IMG/VR virus record: IMGVR_UViG_3300027406_000005
Location: 1 to 42,338 of that record
DNA: 42,338 nucleotides
Source: a virus
Taxonomy: Duplodnaviria; Caudoviricetes
Strand: one strand, 5' to 3'
Position numbers and translations under genes: made by a program. The notes beneath the pieces are model-generated. The model did no database searches and had not been told where the DNA came from. It saw only the letters and a program-made list of their open reading frames with translations. Below are positions 9,730-19,504 of the stretch, one piece after another; the stretch's first letter is position 1; each line of letters opens with the position of its first letter.

Positions 9730-10576
9730 GGTTATATACAGTTTCTACATAGATATACCTAAAGAAAAACTTGTATCGCATCATGAGTCTAAGGACAAGT
9801 TCGCTGATAACTATGAATGGTTACTAGCAAGTCAACAAAGATATGCTGAATCAATTGGTGTCGACTATAAACATTTTGTAAAAGATAAAGAGTTTGATGA
9901 ATATGCTAAATGGTTTAATGATAACTATCCAGATGTATCATATTATAATATAGTTAATTTTTGGAAGATAAAACTATTACACAATTTATCTGAAACATAT
10001 GATGAGGTATTATATTTAGATATAGATGTGATACCTGTGACTGACCTTAACTTCTTTGAAGAAATAGACTTATCAAAAGGTGTTGCTCTTATGACTGGTA
10101 CTGCCACAGGTCAGCAACCTATAAACAAACTACAGACTCATAACTATACACACCATGTAAGATCACCTATGGCTAAGATGTGGAACAGTAGATGTATGCT
10201 TGGTGAAAGTGGAATGTGGGTAGATGAACCAGATGTATTTAATACAGCAATAGTAGGTGCAAGAAAAGAACACTTAGATAAGCTAGGATACTTTGATAAC
10301 TTTGAAGAGACATTAGGTCTAATGTCTAATATGATATCAGATCCAGATTTCTATCCTGAGTCTATAAGTTATATGTTTGGATATGATAACGAAACTATAT
10401 GGGGATATAAGACTTATATGAATGAAGTCGAGTATCAAGTCTTAGGAGAACAGTGGCACTTCTTTATGGATAAATGGAGTTATATAACAAAGAATGCAAA
10501 GTTTATTCACTGTGTGAGTAAAGACTTTGACTATGTAAGGCAATGGTGTGAAAAGAATAATATTCAGCTTATATAG
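9722..10576 (+). CDS. GT-A fold glycosyltransferase
   Basis: K.KLL...YDEVLYLDIDVIP (DxD), FNTAIV, DNE, W, FIH; paralog of the next gene. Confidence 0.75.
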   Translation: MRRVIYSFYIDIPKEKLVSHHESKDKFADNYEWLLASQQRYAESIGVDYKHFVKDKEFDEYAKWFNDNYPDVSYYNIVNFWKIKLLHNLSETYDEVLYLDIDVIPVTDLNFFEEIDLSKGVALMTGTATGQQPINKLQTHNYTHHVRSPMAKMWNSRCMLGESGMWVDEPDVFNTAIVGARKEHLDKLGYFDNFEETLGLMSNMISDPDFYPESISYMFGYDNETIWGYKTYMNEVEYQVLGEQWHFFMDKWSYITKNAKFIHCVSKDFDYVRQWCEKNNIQLI

Positions 10577-11324
10577 AAATGATCTTGCTGATCACGAATC
10601 TGTTCCCATATTTAAAAGAGAACAGTTTAGGAAATATGCATATCATATCGAGCAAAAACATAGAGACTATGCCACAGCTGTTGGTGCTGACTACAAACTG
10701 TTTAAACCGTATTCAACAGATTATATTGATGTACAGTTTGAGAAACTTAATATGTTCGAAAAGCTGCGTAATGAATATGACGAGATAATGTATATCGACT
10801 TTGATGTGATACCTAATACTACAGTAAACATCTTTGAAAGATTTGATCTAAACAAAGTATGTGCCTTTGATATAGAAGTTGCAGATATTGATAATGAGCA
10901 ATTACGTGAAAGGTTTAATGATAACTTTGAATGGAATTCCATGGATATGTATACAAAGGCTCATAATAAAAAAGCCATGTTACTCTTACATGATATAAAT
11001 GGTACTCAGAGTTGTATCAATACAGCCGTTATTGTAATGAATGCAGACTGTGTTCGTAATCTTAATTTTGCTGAGAGATCAGTAGAAGCTGTATGTACAT
11101 TTAATGATTCGTTGGAAGATAATCTTTATCCAGAACCAATCTCTAAGAATTGGGTGTTAAACAACGAGGTTATATTCTCTTATATAATAGAGAAATACAA
11201 CGTACCATTTACTAATATTGGAATGCCTTGGAATTTTATACTAGATCACAATGAACAGAACATGACTGCAGCTGCACACTTCTTACATTTTGTTCATAAG
11301 AAATTTGATCTATTCTTCGGGTAG
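10548..11324 (+). CDS. GT-A fold glycosyltransferase
   Basis: YDEIMYIDFDVIP, INTAVI, NNE, WNF, FLHFVHK. Confidence 0.75.
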   Translation: MKRIIFSLYRNDLADHESVPIFKREQFRKYAYHIEQKHRDYATAVGADYKLFKPYSTDYIDVQFEKLNMFEKLRNEYDEIMYIDFDVIPNTTVNIFERFDLNKVCAFDIEVADIDNEQLRERFNDNFEWNSMDMYTKAHNKKAMLLLHDINGTQSCINTAVIVMNADCVRNLNFAERSVEAVCTFNDSLEDNLYPEPISKNWVLNNEVIFSYIIEKYNVPFTNIGMPWNFILDHNEQNMTAAAHFLHFVHKKFDLFFG

Positions 11325-11819
11325 TGCAATCATTGTTGCATACTTAATAGCTGATAAGAAGTCTTTTGACTTTCTTAGTTTAGCCTTTAGTTCTCTATCT
11401 TTACTAGACTTAATAGCCTCTACCTCAAAGAGTTTAAGTTTCATTACAAATAATTTTTCTTTCATGTCTTCTTCGACGAATGGCTCAAACAAAGTATCTA
11501 CAAGTGCTTCATATAGATTACTGTTCACACCATTGTTATCAAAGATAAGACCCATCTCTTTACCAGTGGCAATAATAGTTTCACGAAACTCTTCATTTTC
11601 TCTGCGAAACTTATTAAATGTGTTCTCATGAATTTTGTCAATATCCATCTTACTAATTAACCATTCATAATCAGCATCACCTTCTTTAGCTTCAATAATA
11701 TAAGGAATCATAACTATATTATCATCAGTAGATTTATCAGAAAGAAATAGCACTTCTATCTCTGTGCGTTCATTGTTAACAAAATGAGCTGTGTGTATTT
11801 CTAGGTTATGTATAGTCAT
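11310..11819 (-). CDS. Hypothetical protein, possibly tail fibre assembly chaperone
   Basis: 169-aa ORF, last in the late fibre operon, TAATG-coupled to the upstream gene; function inferred from position only. Confidence 0.45.
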   Translation of the reverse strand: MTIHNLEIHTAHFVNNERTEIEVLFLSDKSTDDNIVMIPYIIEAKEGDADYEWLISKMDIDKIHENTFNKFRRENEEFRETIIATGKEMGLIFDNNGVNSNLYEALVDTLFEPFVEEDMKEKLFVMKLKLFEVEAIKSSKDRELKAKLRKSKDFLSAIKYATMIALPEE

Positions 11820-12736
11820 TATGTTGTAGTCTCCATTTTAAGTCTGTGGGTTGCAGCTACAACGGCTGAACCGTTAGGAAATTCTTGTGTTCGGTAGTCA
11901 TCAAGACCTACATAGCGTGTTTGGTAATTACCGGATCCATTAAGGATAGTATCTGTCATACCAGACCCAAGGTTTATTCCACTACCGTTGAAGTTATAAC
12001 TTAGATGTGATCTTGCTTCGGCTTGAATAGATTGGGTTAGCCAAGCATCCATCTCAGCTTGAGTGTATTGCTCAATGTTTGCATCTGCATTACGGATAAA
12101 CAGCATCTGCACCATACTAGGTGCAGAAATATTATTAGCTTTTAATAGATAATAACCCTGAATATTAGTTGGCTGGTCTTGTTGTTCGCCAATACCACCA
12201 GCAGTATATGCTCCAACATTTGCCCTACTATCAATATATATTGCATCATTTGATATTGCTGTATATCCTGACAGGGTTGAACTGGTATGAATGTAATATG
12301 TTCCTGGTTGCCCTGCAGCACCTGTCATTGTATTAAAAGCTGGTCTGATAAATGTATCTTCCACATCTTGCCTAGTCATGGCTCTAATATTACCACTTGT
12401 CTGATAGATTGGAAAGGCAACATTATTTGTATCTGCTGGATAACCAACAGTGGCAAATCCCTGATGGACGCAACTATATTCTACTGTCACTGTGGATATA
12501 TTAGGTGTTTCTGCTTCAGTGTGAAAGTTTGTTACATCGGTTGTAGAAGCGCCAGCTTGCTTTCTGGTATCACTAAGACCACCAAGGTTACCTCCACTGT
12601 TTTGTCTTGATAGAATTACTGAGGGGTTTTCTCCGTATAGGTATCTAACCCTATCCTTAACAGCATTTATCTGAGCTGTTGTCATCTCTTTAAGGTTATT
12701 AGACCCATCGAGTGTAAGAGGTGTTCTAACCGCCAT
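11819..12736 (-). CDS. Virion structural / fibre-associated protein
   Basis: Thr/Gly/Ser/Ala-rich 305-aa ORF with an internal repeat (NNLKEMT / NIRAMT / NIEQYT), directly downstream of the fibre gene. Confidence 0.55.
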   Translation of the reverse strand: MAVRTPLTLDGSNNLKEMTTAQINAVKDRVRYLYGENPSVILSRQNSGGNLGGLSDTRKQAGASTTDVTNFHTEAETPNISTVTVEYSCVHQGFATVGYPADTNNVAFPIYQTSGNIRAMTRQDVEDTFIRPAFNTMTGAAGQPGTYYIHTSSTLSGYTAISNDAIYIDSRANVGAYTAGGIGEQQDQPTNIQGYYLLKANNISAPSMVQMLFIRNADANIEQYTQAEMDAWLTQSIQAEARSHLSYNFNGSGINLGSGMTDTILNGSGNYQTRYVGLDDYRTQEFPNGSAVVAATHRLKMETTT

Positions 12737-12740
12737 TTAA

Positions 12741-14219
12741 TTAACTTCCTGCACCATATAGTGTCTTCAGAGCTGTACCATCACTACTATATACCACAAA
12801 TGTAACAACATCTTTTAGTTCATCTGAAGAAACAGCATCATCTGCAAGATGTTCTATTGCAACTGCATTATCTGCAATCTTGGTTCCATCAACAGCATCA
12901 GCTGCAAGTTCGGTATTGCCAACAGCACCAGAAGCAATCTTTGCGGCAGTAACTGCATTACTAGCAATTTCAGTTTCACCTACTGCATTATCTTTGATGT
13001 GTTCTGAACCGACAGCATCATCTGCAATCTTGGTTCCATCAACAGCATCAGCTTCAATCATGTCTGTTACTACCTGAGTTTCACCTATAATACCTGCGGT
13101 TGTTGCACCTAACACTCTATCTGCTGTAACTAAGTTTTGTAGTTTAGCATATGTAATAGCATCATCTGCAACTTTAGCAGTAGTAACTGCAGTATTGTTG
13201 ATCTTGTCGGTTGTAACGGCAGAGTTATTAATCTTAGCAGTAGTGACACCACTGGCTGCAATCTTAGCAGTAGTAACAGCAAGATTTGCTAGTTGTGTTG
13301 TTCCAATAGAACCTGCAGAAATCTGTCCAGCTCCAATAGCTCCTGATTTTAGAAAAACTCTTCCGCTTGTAACTGTGAAGCCATCTGAGTCAAATTCTGC
13401 AATACCTTTATTAGAAATTGTAGCATCTTCGCCTGAAATAACTCCACTTGAAATGTTTATACCTTCGCCTGCTGAAATAGCACTTCTGATATTAGCATTG
13501 GTTACTTTGCTATATGTGTAAACTCCATTGTTACCATATGCAAGAGAACCAAATCCTGTACCACTATTTGCTGCAGAGAATATTTCCATAATGGTATCAG
13601 AGTCAATACCTTGTAGGTAAGTTTCGTTAATAGCTCCAACAATACTATTTTTAGCTACTGTGAGTAGATCGCCGAGAGGACCCACCACTGTCTGAGCACT
13701 ATCTAATTGTCCATGGATTTCACCGATAGCAGGACCTACTGTACTTGCTGTCGTACCCATAACACCAGATGTAATTGTACCTAGTTTATTTGTATTAGAT
13801 GTGGAAGCTGATAGTGCACTTGAAGCATTAGCATCAACTTCATTAATAGCAACTACTAAGTTTTGATCAGCATCTGTAGTTAAAGATGTTCTTGTACCTA
13901 AATCACTATCAAGGCTATTAATTTGTGTTTCGTGTTCGTTGATTGCGCCTCTAAGTGTAGATGCACTAGTTGTTAAAGCCGCACTACCAATCTCAGCATC
14001 TATCTCATTAATAGCTGCTTTAACACTAGACTTATTTGTTGTTGTAAGATTAGCAATCCCACCTATATCTGAGTCTAGTGAATTAATAGCCTGAACTATA
14101 TCACTGTCAGTCCCTGATGTAGACATAAGATCAAGATCACCTACCTTATAGGAAATCTCATTTACTTTATCTTTAAAGACGGCTACTGTATCTGTTAGAT
14201 TGACTGTTGTTCTGGCCAT
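12741..14219 (-). CDS. Tail fibre / whisker-like repetitive protein
   Basis: N-terminal LTT...AINE coiled-coil repeats; C-terminal 10-aa AVTTAKIAD-type repeats. Confidence 0.75.
   Translation of the reverse strand: MARTTVNLTDTVAVFKDKVNEISYKVGDLDLMSTSGTDSDIVQAINSLDSDIGGIANLTTTNKSSVKAAINEIDAEIGSAALTTSASTLRGAINEHETQINSLDSDLGTRTSLTTDADQNLVVAINEVDANASSALSASTSNTNKLGTITSGVMGTTASTVGPAIGEIHGQLDSAQTVVGPLGDLLTVAKNSIVGAINETYLQGIDSDTIMEIFSAANSGTGFGSLAYGNNGVYTYSKVTNANIRSAISAGEGINISSGVISGEDATISNKGIAEFDSDGFTVTSGRVFLKSGAIGAGQISAGSIGTTQLANLAVTTAKIAASGVTTAKINNSAVTTDKINNTAVTTAKVADDAITYAKLQNLVTADRVLGATTAGIIGETQVVTDMIEADAVDGTKIADDAVGSEHIKDNAVGETEIASNAVTAAKIASGAVGNTELAADAVDGTKIADNAVAIEHLADDAVSSDELKDVVTFVVYSSDGTALKTLYGAGS
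12870..13053. repeat. 34-bp exact direct repeat within the fibre gene (12870-12903 and 13020-13053)
   Basis: atctgcaatcttggttccatcaacagcatcagct occurs twice, 150 bp apart, encoding ADAVDGTKIAD. Confidence 0.85.
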
Positions 14220-14438
14220 TTATATTTTCTCTACAAGTTTACCGAGGAGATGTTTGATTTCACTCATTTCATTTTTTAATAAACTTACATCTTCCTTCAG
14301 TTGTTTTTCTTCGTCTGCTTTTGCAGATCGTAATCTTTTTCTCTCACGAGCTGCTTCTATTTCACTTCTATTTATATTAATTATGGCACCCGATTTTGGG
14401 TCCCTCACTAGATTAGAATGTCCATCAACCTTTAACAT
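14220..14438 (-). CDS. Small conserved T4-like coiled-coil protein
   Basis: VDGHSNLVRDPKSGAIIN followed by a coiled coil; translationally coupled to the large upstream gene. Confidence 0.65.
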   Translation of the reverse strand: MLKVDGHSNLVRDPKSGAIININRSEIEAARERKRLRSAKADEEKQLKEDVSLLKNEMSEIKHLLGKLVEKI

Positions 14439-17400
14439 TATACACTCAGAGCAATTATTCTTAGGTCTTGTATAACTGGAGGAGTTGAAGTATTAGTTGA
14501 TTTTAATACTATCTTAACTTGGAATTGTGAGAAAGCATCCATGGTTCCGCCATCACCACCTACCAAATATCTGTACTCTCTGAATACATTAATATTTTGA
14601 TCAGAAGGAATTTCAGTTTCAAGTGTAGCTAGTACCCAAGTTGAATCAAGTAAGTTACCTGCAGCTGCTGTATCTGAAGCATTTGTTCTATAGTAAACAT
14701 CAAAGCTTGCTGCAGATGGTCTGTTTGCACCAATCATAATCTTTAACCCAACAGCTGACTCATCAAGAACCACAGGTGAGGTAATATGTTTAGATAGATG
14801 TGAACCACCGGTTGGATTTGTTTCAGCAACATACTCTAGTGGAATATTACCACCAGTACCACTTGCAACTTGTTGATCAACTAAATTTCTTACGGCTGTT
14901 ACAGAAGCACGTTGAAGATCAACTACTGGTGCTACTATATCAGTAGATGTAGACACATCAATTTTATATGTTAATGATTTACTACCTGATAAGGAAGCCG
15001 TTTCATTCTCACTTGAAGCAATTAACCTAGGGTTTGCAAAGGTATTATTATCTCTATTTGATATGCTTTGATAACTACCATCTACAGAATATGCAGTTTC
15101 AGATCCAGCAAATGATTTACCTGATGTAAACTTAGCTGAGTGCGAAATTAAAGTCTGTGCTGGAGAAAGTGTTTCAACATATGGTACTACTGTATCCATC
15201 ATAATATTTCTCGTGACAGTAATATTATCACCACCACCAGCTACAGCTTGATTTGCAGTATCTGAATTACCTGCAACAAACTCGAAGCCTGTACCATCTA
15301 CTTTAGTGACTGCTCTTGTACCATTAATATTAGATGCAGCTATTCCACCGAATGTTGCAGCTCCTGCAATTGTTACTGAGTCACCTACTACAAGGCCATG
15401 ACCAAATGCAAGAACCTTAACTGTAGCACTTGAATTTGTAGAATCTAATGGATTACTTGCCAATAAGATTGGTGGGATTGGTGCATTGTTTAATGTAACA
15501 TATCCACTTTCTACAGTAAAGTTAGCACGATCAATAGTAAATGTTAAATCTCTTTCTTGATCTGGTGTCCATGTTCTACTATTCTGAGATTTAAACAATG
15601 AACCTAGTGTAGGTTGTTTAGCAACTCTTAGTTCTGTAGAGTTAAGCATTAGATCACCAGCTTTGGCTACATACACATTATAGTCTATAGAATCAGCAAG
15701 TAGAACAATAGAATATTCCATGTTACCATTCAAGTAAACTGGCTCATCAAACTCAAAGTAAGTTACTGCACTTGCGTCAGCTGATATGTTTACATCAGAA
15801 GGTGAAAGAACCTTAACTCCATTAGGTATAACTTCATCTGCTGATGGAACACCATTTACGGTTGATCTAATTTGCAACATTACTGGAACTGTTGTATCTT
15901 TAGTTTGGAATCTAACACCAACTCTAGTTATAAATGCACCATCATTTTCATCAATAAAGAATGTCTGAGCCAAAGGATCTCTACGACGTTGATTCCTTGG
16001 ATCAAGCTGAGGATTTCTTTCAATAGCAAAGTCTCGTGAACTACGTCGTCTACGTCGTCTACGTGGTTGAACAGGTGGAGGTGGAGCTGCTATAGTTAGC
16101 ACTCTAGTTGTTGTAAATGTTGCTTGTCTAGTCTCTAATACACCTGTTGATGCAAAAGGTTCTTTTGCAATTGATGTTGCATTCTCATCATTAGGTACAC
16201 TAATATCAAGTAATTTAAACTCACGTGTACCAGTTCTAAACTTAATTGCATCGGTATTAGGTATAAAGAATGAACCTTCAATAGAACCATCAGTTCCTGT
16301 TGTAAGTGTTGACTTACCATCAGGATGTTCAGTTGCTCTATTATGTCTATTACCAAAATCATCAGTAGTAGTAGCAAATCTAGTAAATGTTTCTGATCTT
16401 ACCCAATCAGCAACTGGTTTGTTATTAAAGAAAGCATACACTTGAGTGCTAGGTTTAAGACCTTGTGCACGGAAGAAAACTTTCTTAGATCGCATAAACG
16501 GAATAAATGCAACATCTAACACACGATCATTAACAAACTCTCGTACTGTTTCTGAAGCAACAACTCTGTTGACTGCTAATATATTATTTCTTGCTGTATC
16601 TCTGGCTGTTAGATTTGCCCTTGGTGTATCATTTCTTCCTATCCAGTTCCATCTCCATGTATTCCATAGTAATGCACCATTATTAACAAGTCTTGTTCCA
16701 CCATCTTCCACACGATCTGGTAATCTATCAACAGCAGTCCACTCATCTGATGATGGTGAGAGATCAATAAACCCTTCATTTAGAATAACAGCAAATGGGT
16801 TAATATTCATTGCTTCTGTTGCGAGAGGTTGATCAACATAATTTGTATTATCATGTTTTAGGTATACACTATCACCTTTAAGAATTGTGTTACTAGATTG
16901 ATCAGAGTCATAAATTAGTCTAAGGTTATTTTCTTCAAACCATGGTCGCATAATCCTAGCTTCTGGATCAATAGCTGCATTATAATCTGCAGACATATAT
17001 GACCTAGCTTGATCAGCAAAGTTATCCACAAAGAAACCAGACTGTGTTCTATTATTGCCGCTAGCATCAAGAACAGCAAATGATGATGTATCTAATTCAA
17101 GAAGGCTTAGTGATGTAGCCTCTTCAACATTATCAATTCTTTCTTCTAGTTTACCAATGTCTCTCATAGTAAAGTTTTTAGCTTTAATAGTAGTTGAAGT
17201 GATATCTGTATCACTAACTGTATATGGATTCATATCAATATGGAATAAATCCAGCGAGTTATTTGGAGCTGGTGGTAATTGAGGATTAACACTAGCTGCA
17301 CCACTAATAGTATCAATAAAACTATTTTTATCAATCGTCACACGAACCTTTTTACCAAGGTAATATTCTGCATCAAATGTGATAAGACCTGTATTCTTAG

Positions 17401-19492
17401 GCATCTCATTAATTCTAGCACCTGAACCAAAGTTACCTGAGCTGTTAACACTTGAACGGAAGTCTAATACATTTCTTAGAGATACTTCAGTGCCATTTGC
17501 TTGTGTGTATGACGGAATGTTTTCATAGTCAACTTGACCTGTATAAGAGTTAACCGCAAAGAAATCTCCAGATGTACCATGGACAAAGTGCTTATATCTT
17601 ACAAACACATCAGATCCTGGTGTAGCAGCTCCAGCTTTCTTAACCATTCTACCGTTTAGATATGCAAAGTCACGTTGACCATTATCTAAATCGTATAACG
17701 TTGTTAAGTCAGCACCATCTGAGTCAGCAAGAGTAATTCTAGTGATGCTACTTACATCAGCCTTTGTAAAGTTTAGATTACCAGAGCCATCCGGTGTGAT
17801 TGTTTCTGTTACTTCTGTAAGTGTTTTGGTTCTAACAGACCCTGCACTCTTATTTACATAAGTAAGGATCTCATAAGTACCATCTTGTTGGCCAGTTAAG
17901 TTAGATGCAGCAGTACCAGCACCAGATGCTGTAAAGATAACATCAATATCAGAGTCAGCATGTGCTGCAATCCAATCACTAGTGTCAGCAAAAGTTTCCC
18001 CTGTATTGGTTACTGTAATAGTAGCAGATCCACTACTTATGTTTGCTGTTCTATATCTTTGTACTGTAAGACTAATATCTGTAATAGTCTTTGGTCTATC
18101 CCCAGGAACTGGAAATAATAGACTTGTTGATGCTTCATCTTTAAATGCTGCAAGACTATTTTCAAGCACTAGTGTCATATAGTCTGTAGAACCAGTACCA
18201 ATTGATTTTGTATTTCTTTTATTTTTACCAGAAGCAATTTGTACATCAAACAGATATACTCTATAGTTCGATCCGTCTTCCTCTACAGCTCTTACACGTG
18301 CTGTACCGATAGCAGTACCAGTACCAGCAGTATTCGGAAATAGTGTAACTTCTTGGAATGATGCAATATTAGGTAAGCCTTTATTAGCAGATACTATAAC
18401 ATATTGGCCATACGCAGCGGCTGTTACTTCATTATTTTCTGTCTGAGTTGTTCTAGGTTTACTTACTCCAATTCTAACTGGAGAGTTGATAACAGCTCTA
18501 TATCCATCTACATATGCAACACCAGGCGAAATATCAAAGTCTAATACACTTTCGTCTGAATCATTAGTATCAAAACTAATAGCAAACCTTTTAGCAATAT
18601 AGTTACCTGACTCTTCACTTGTTCTAAGAGCCATTCTGTCTTCTATTTTATTATAATCGTCAGTACCATCAACCTGTGTAACTATGATACCGTCAACAAC
18701 TTTAGCAACATATACAAAGTTATCATCTGCTGCAAGATCAGCTTTATTTGCTATATTAAGTCTAATTCTATATCTGTCAGCACCAGGTGAAGATATGTTT
18801 GGTGTTGCACCTGTGTTATCATATAGTGCAGTTGTATCATCTACAGTAACAATGTCTTGAGTTACTTTAAATCCAATTACAGCATCTGGGTCAGAGGTGT
18901 ATTTAGATAAGATCATTGACTGTTCTCTTGCATAGACAAAACGATCTATAGCAAAGAAGTCACCAGCATGAATGGATACTCGAGTACCTGTACCTGTAGC
19001 TGGATTAGCAACAGTATTTGTAGTTTGTACAGTAAGTGTTTCTCCACCACCGGTAAGTGTATCACCTGCAGTAACTCTCACAGGAGTAGAACCGGATGTT
19101 CCACCTGACGAACTTATATACTTAACATAAATTGTTGCTGGTTCGGAAGCTGATACTCTTTCTACAGCCTCAAGAACTTCTACAATAATACTATTACTGG
19201 TTGAAGTTAAGTTTAAGCCTATAATATTTCCAGTTGGTAGATTACCAACAAGTTTAATAAATTCATATCCAGTATTAATAGTAGTGCCACCAGGATTAAC
19301 TGCAGCACCCTCTCTGAACATATGTCTACCCATCCGAGAAATCTCAGACTGAGTAATAGTTTGCATTTGTGTAAGCTCACGGGCTTGTAGAGCACGACCT
19401 GAGTTAAAAAGGATTCTATGATAGTTATCACTATCCAGAAAATCATCTTTATAGGTTGAACTAAATGTATTTTTTGTTAGGTCTGTACTCAT
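14438..19492 (-). CDS. Large virion structural protein, VrlC/DUF4815-like
   Basis: 1684 aa; Y.DDF...NYHRILF..GRALQARELTQ.Q, PGADRY, MRDIGKLE.RI, GFFVDNF, DPLAQTF, GSLFKSQN..TW motifs. Confidence 0.85.
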   Translation of the reverse strand: MSTDLTKNTFSSTYKDDFLDSDNYHRILFNSGRALQARELTQMQTITQSEISRMGRHMFREGAAVNPGGTTINTGYEFIKLVGNLPTGNIIGLNLTSTSNSIIVEVLEAVERVSASEPATIYVKYISSSGGTSGSTPVRVTAGDTLTGGGETLTVQTTNTVANPATGTGTRVSIHAGDFFAIDRFVYAREQSMILSKYTSDPDAVIGFKVTQDIVTVDDTTALYDNTGATPNISSPGADRYRIRLNIANKADLAADDNFVYVAKVVDGIIVTQVDGTDDYNKIEDRMALRTSEESGNYIAKRFAISFDTNDSDESVLDFDISPGVAYVDGYRAVINSPVRIGVSKPRTTQTENNEVTAAAYGQYVIVSANKGLPNIASFQEVTLFPNTAGTGTAIGTARVRAVEEDGSNYRVYLFDVQIASGKNKRNTKSIGTGSTDYMTLVLENSLAAFKDEASTSLLFPVPGDRPKTITDISLTVQRYRTANISSGSATITVTNTGETFADTSDWIAAHADSDIDVIFTASGAGTAASNLTGQQDGTYEILTYVNKSAGSVRTKTLTEVTETITPDGSGNLNFTKADVSSITRITLADSDGADLTTLYDLDNGQRDFAYLNGRMVKKAGAATPGSDVFVRYKHFVHGTSGDFFAVNSYTGQVDYENIPSYTQANGTEVSLRNVLDFRSSVNSSGNFGSGARINEMPKNTGLITFDAEYYLGKKVRVTIDKNSFIDTISGAASVNPQLPPAPNNSLDLFHIDMNPYTVSDTDITSTTIKAKNFTMRDIGKLEERIDNVEEATSLSLLELDTSSFAVLDASGNNRTQSGFFVDNFADQARSYMSADYNAAIDPEARIMRPWFEENNLRLIYDSDQSSNTILKGDSVYLKHDNTNYVDQPLATEAMNINPFAVILNEGFIDLSPSSDEWTAVDRLPDRVEDGGTRLVNNGALLWNTWRWNWIGRNDTPRANLTARDTARNNILAVNRVVASETVREFVNDRVLDVAFIPFMRSKKVFFRAQGLKPSTQVYAFFNNKPVADWVRSETFTRFATTTDDFGNRHNRATEHPDGKSTLTTGTDGSIEGSFFIPNTDAIKFRTGTREFKLLDISVPNDENATSIAKEPFASTGVLETRQATFTTTRVLTIAAPPPPVQPRRRRRRRSSRDFAIERNPQLDPRNQRRRDPLAQTFFIDENDGAFITRVGVRFQTKDTTVPVMLQIRSTVNGVPSADEVIPNGVKVLSPSDVNISADASAVTYFEFDEPVYLNGNMEYSIVLLADSIDYNVYVAKAGDLMLNSTELRVAKQPTLGSLFKSQNSRTWTPDQERDLTFTIDRANFTVESGYVTLNNAPIPPILLASNPLDSTNSSATVKVLAFGHGLVVGDSVTIAGAATFGGIAASNINGTRAVTKVDGTGFEFVAGNSDTANQAVAGGGDNITVTRNIMMDTVVPYVETLSPAQTLISHSAKFTSGKSFAGSETAYSVDGSYQSISNRDNNTFANPRLIASSENETASLSGSKSLTYKIDVSTSTDIVAPVVDLQRASVTAVRNLVDQQVASGTGGNIPLEYVAETNPTGGSHLSKHITSPVVLDESAVGLKIMIGANRPSAASFDVYYRTNASDTAAAGNLLDSTWVLATLETEIPSDQNINVFREYRYLVGGDGGTMDAFSQFQVKIVLKSTNTSTPPVIQDLRIIALSV

Positions 19493-19504
19493 TTTTTCTA
19501 CCGA

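Noticed and set aside
12741-14219. CRISPR array or diversity-generating retroelement repeats
   Set aside because: The repeats are in-frame coding repeats, with no spacer pattern, adenine-specific variation or reverse transcriptase.
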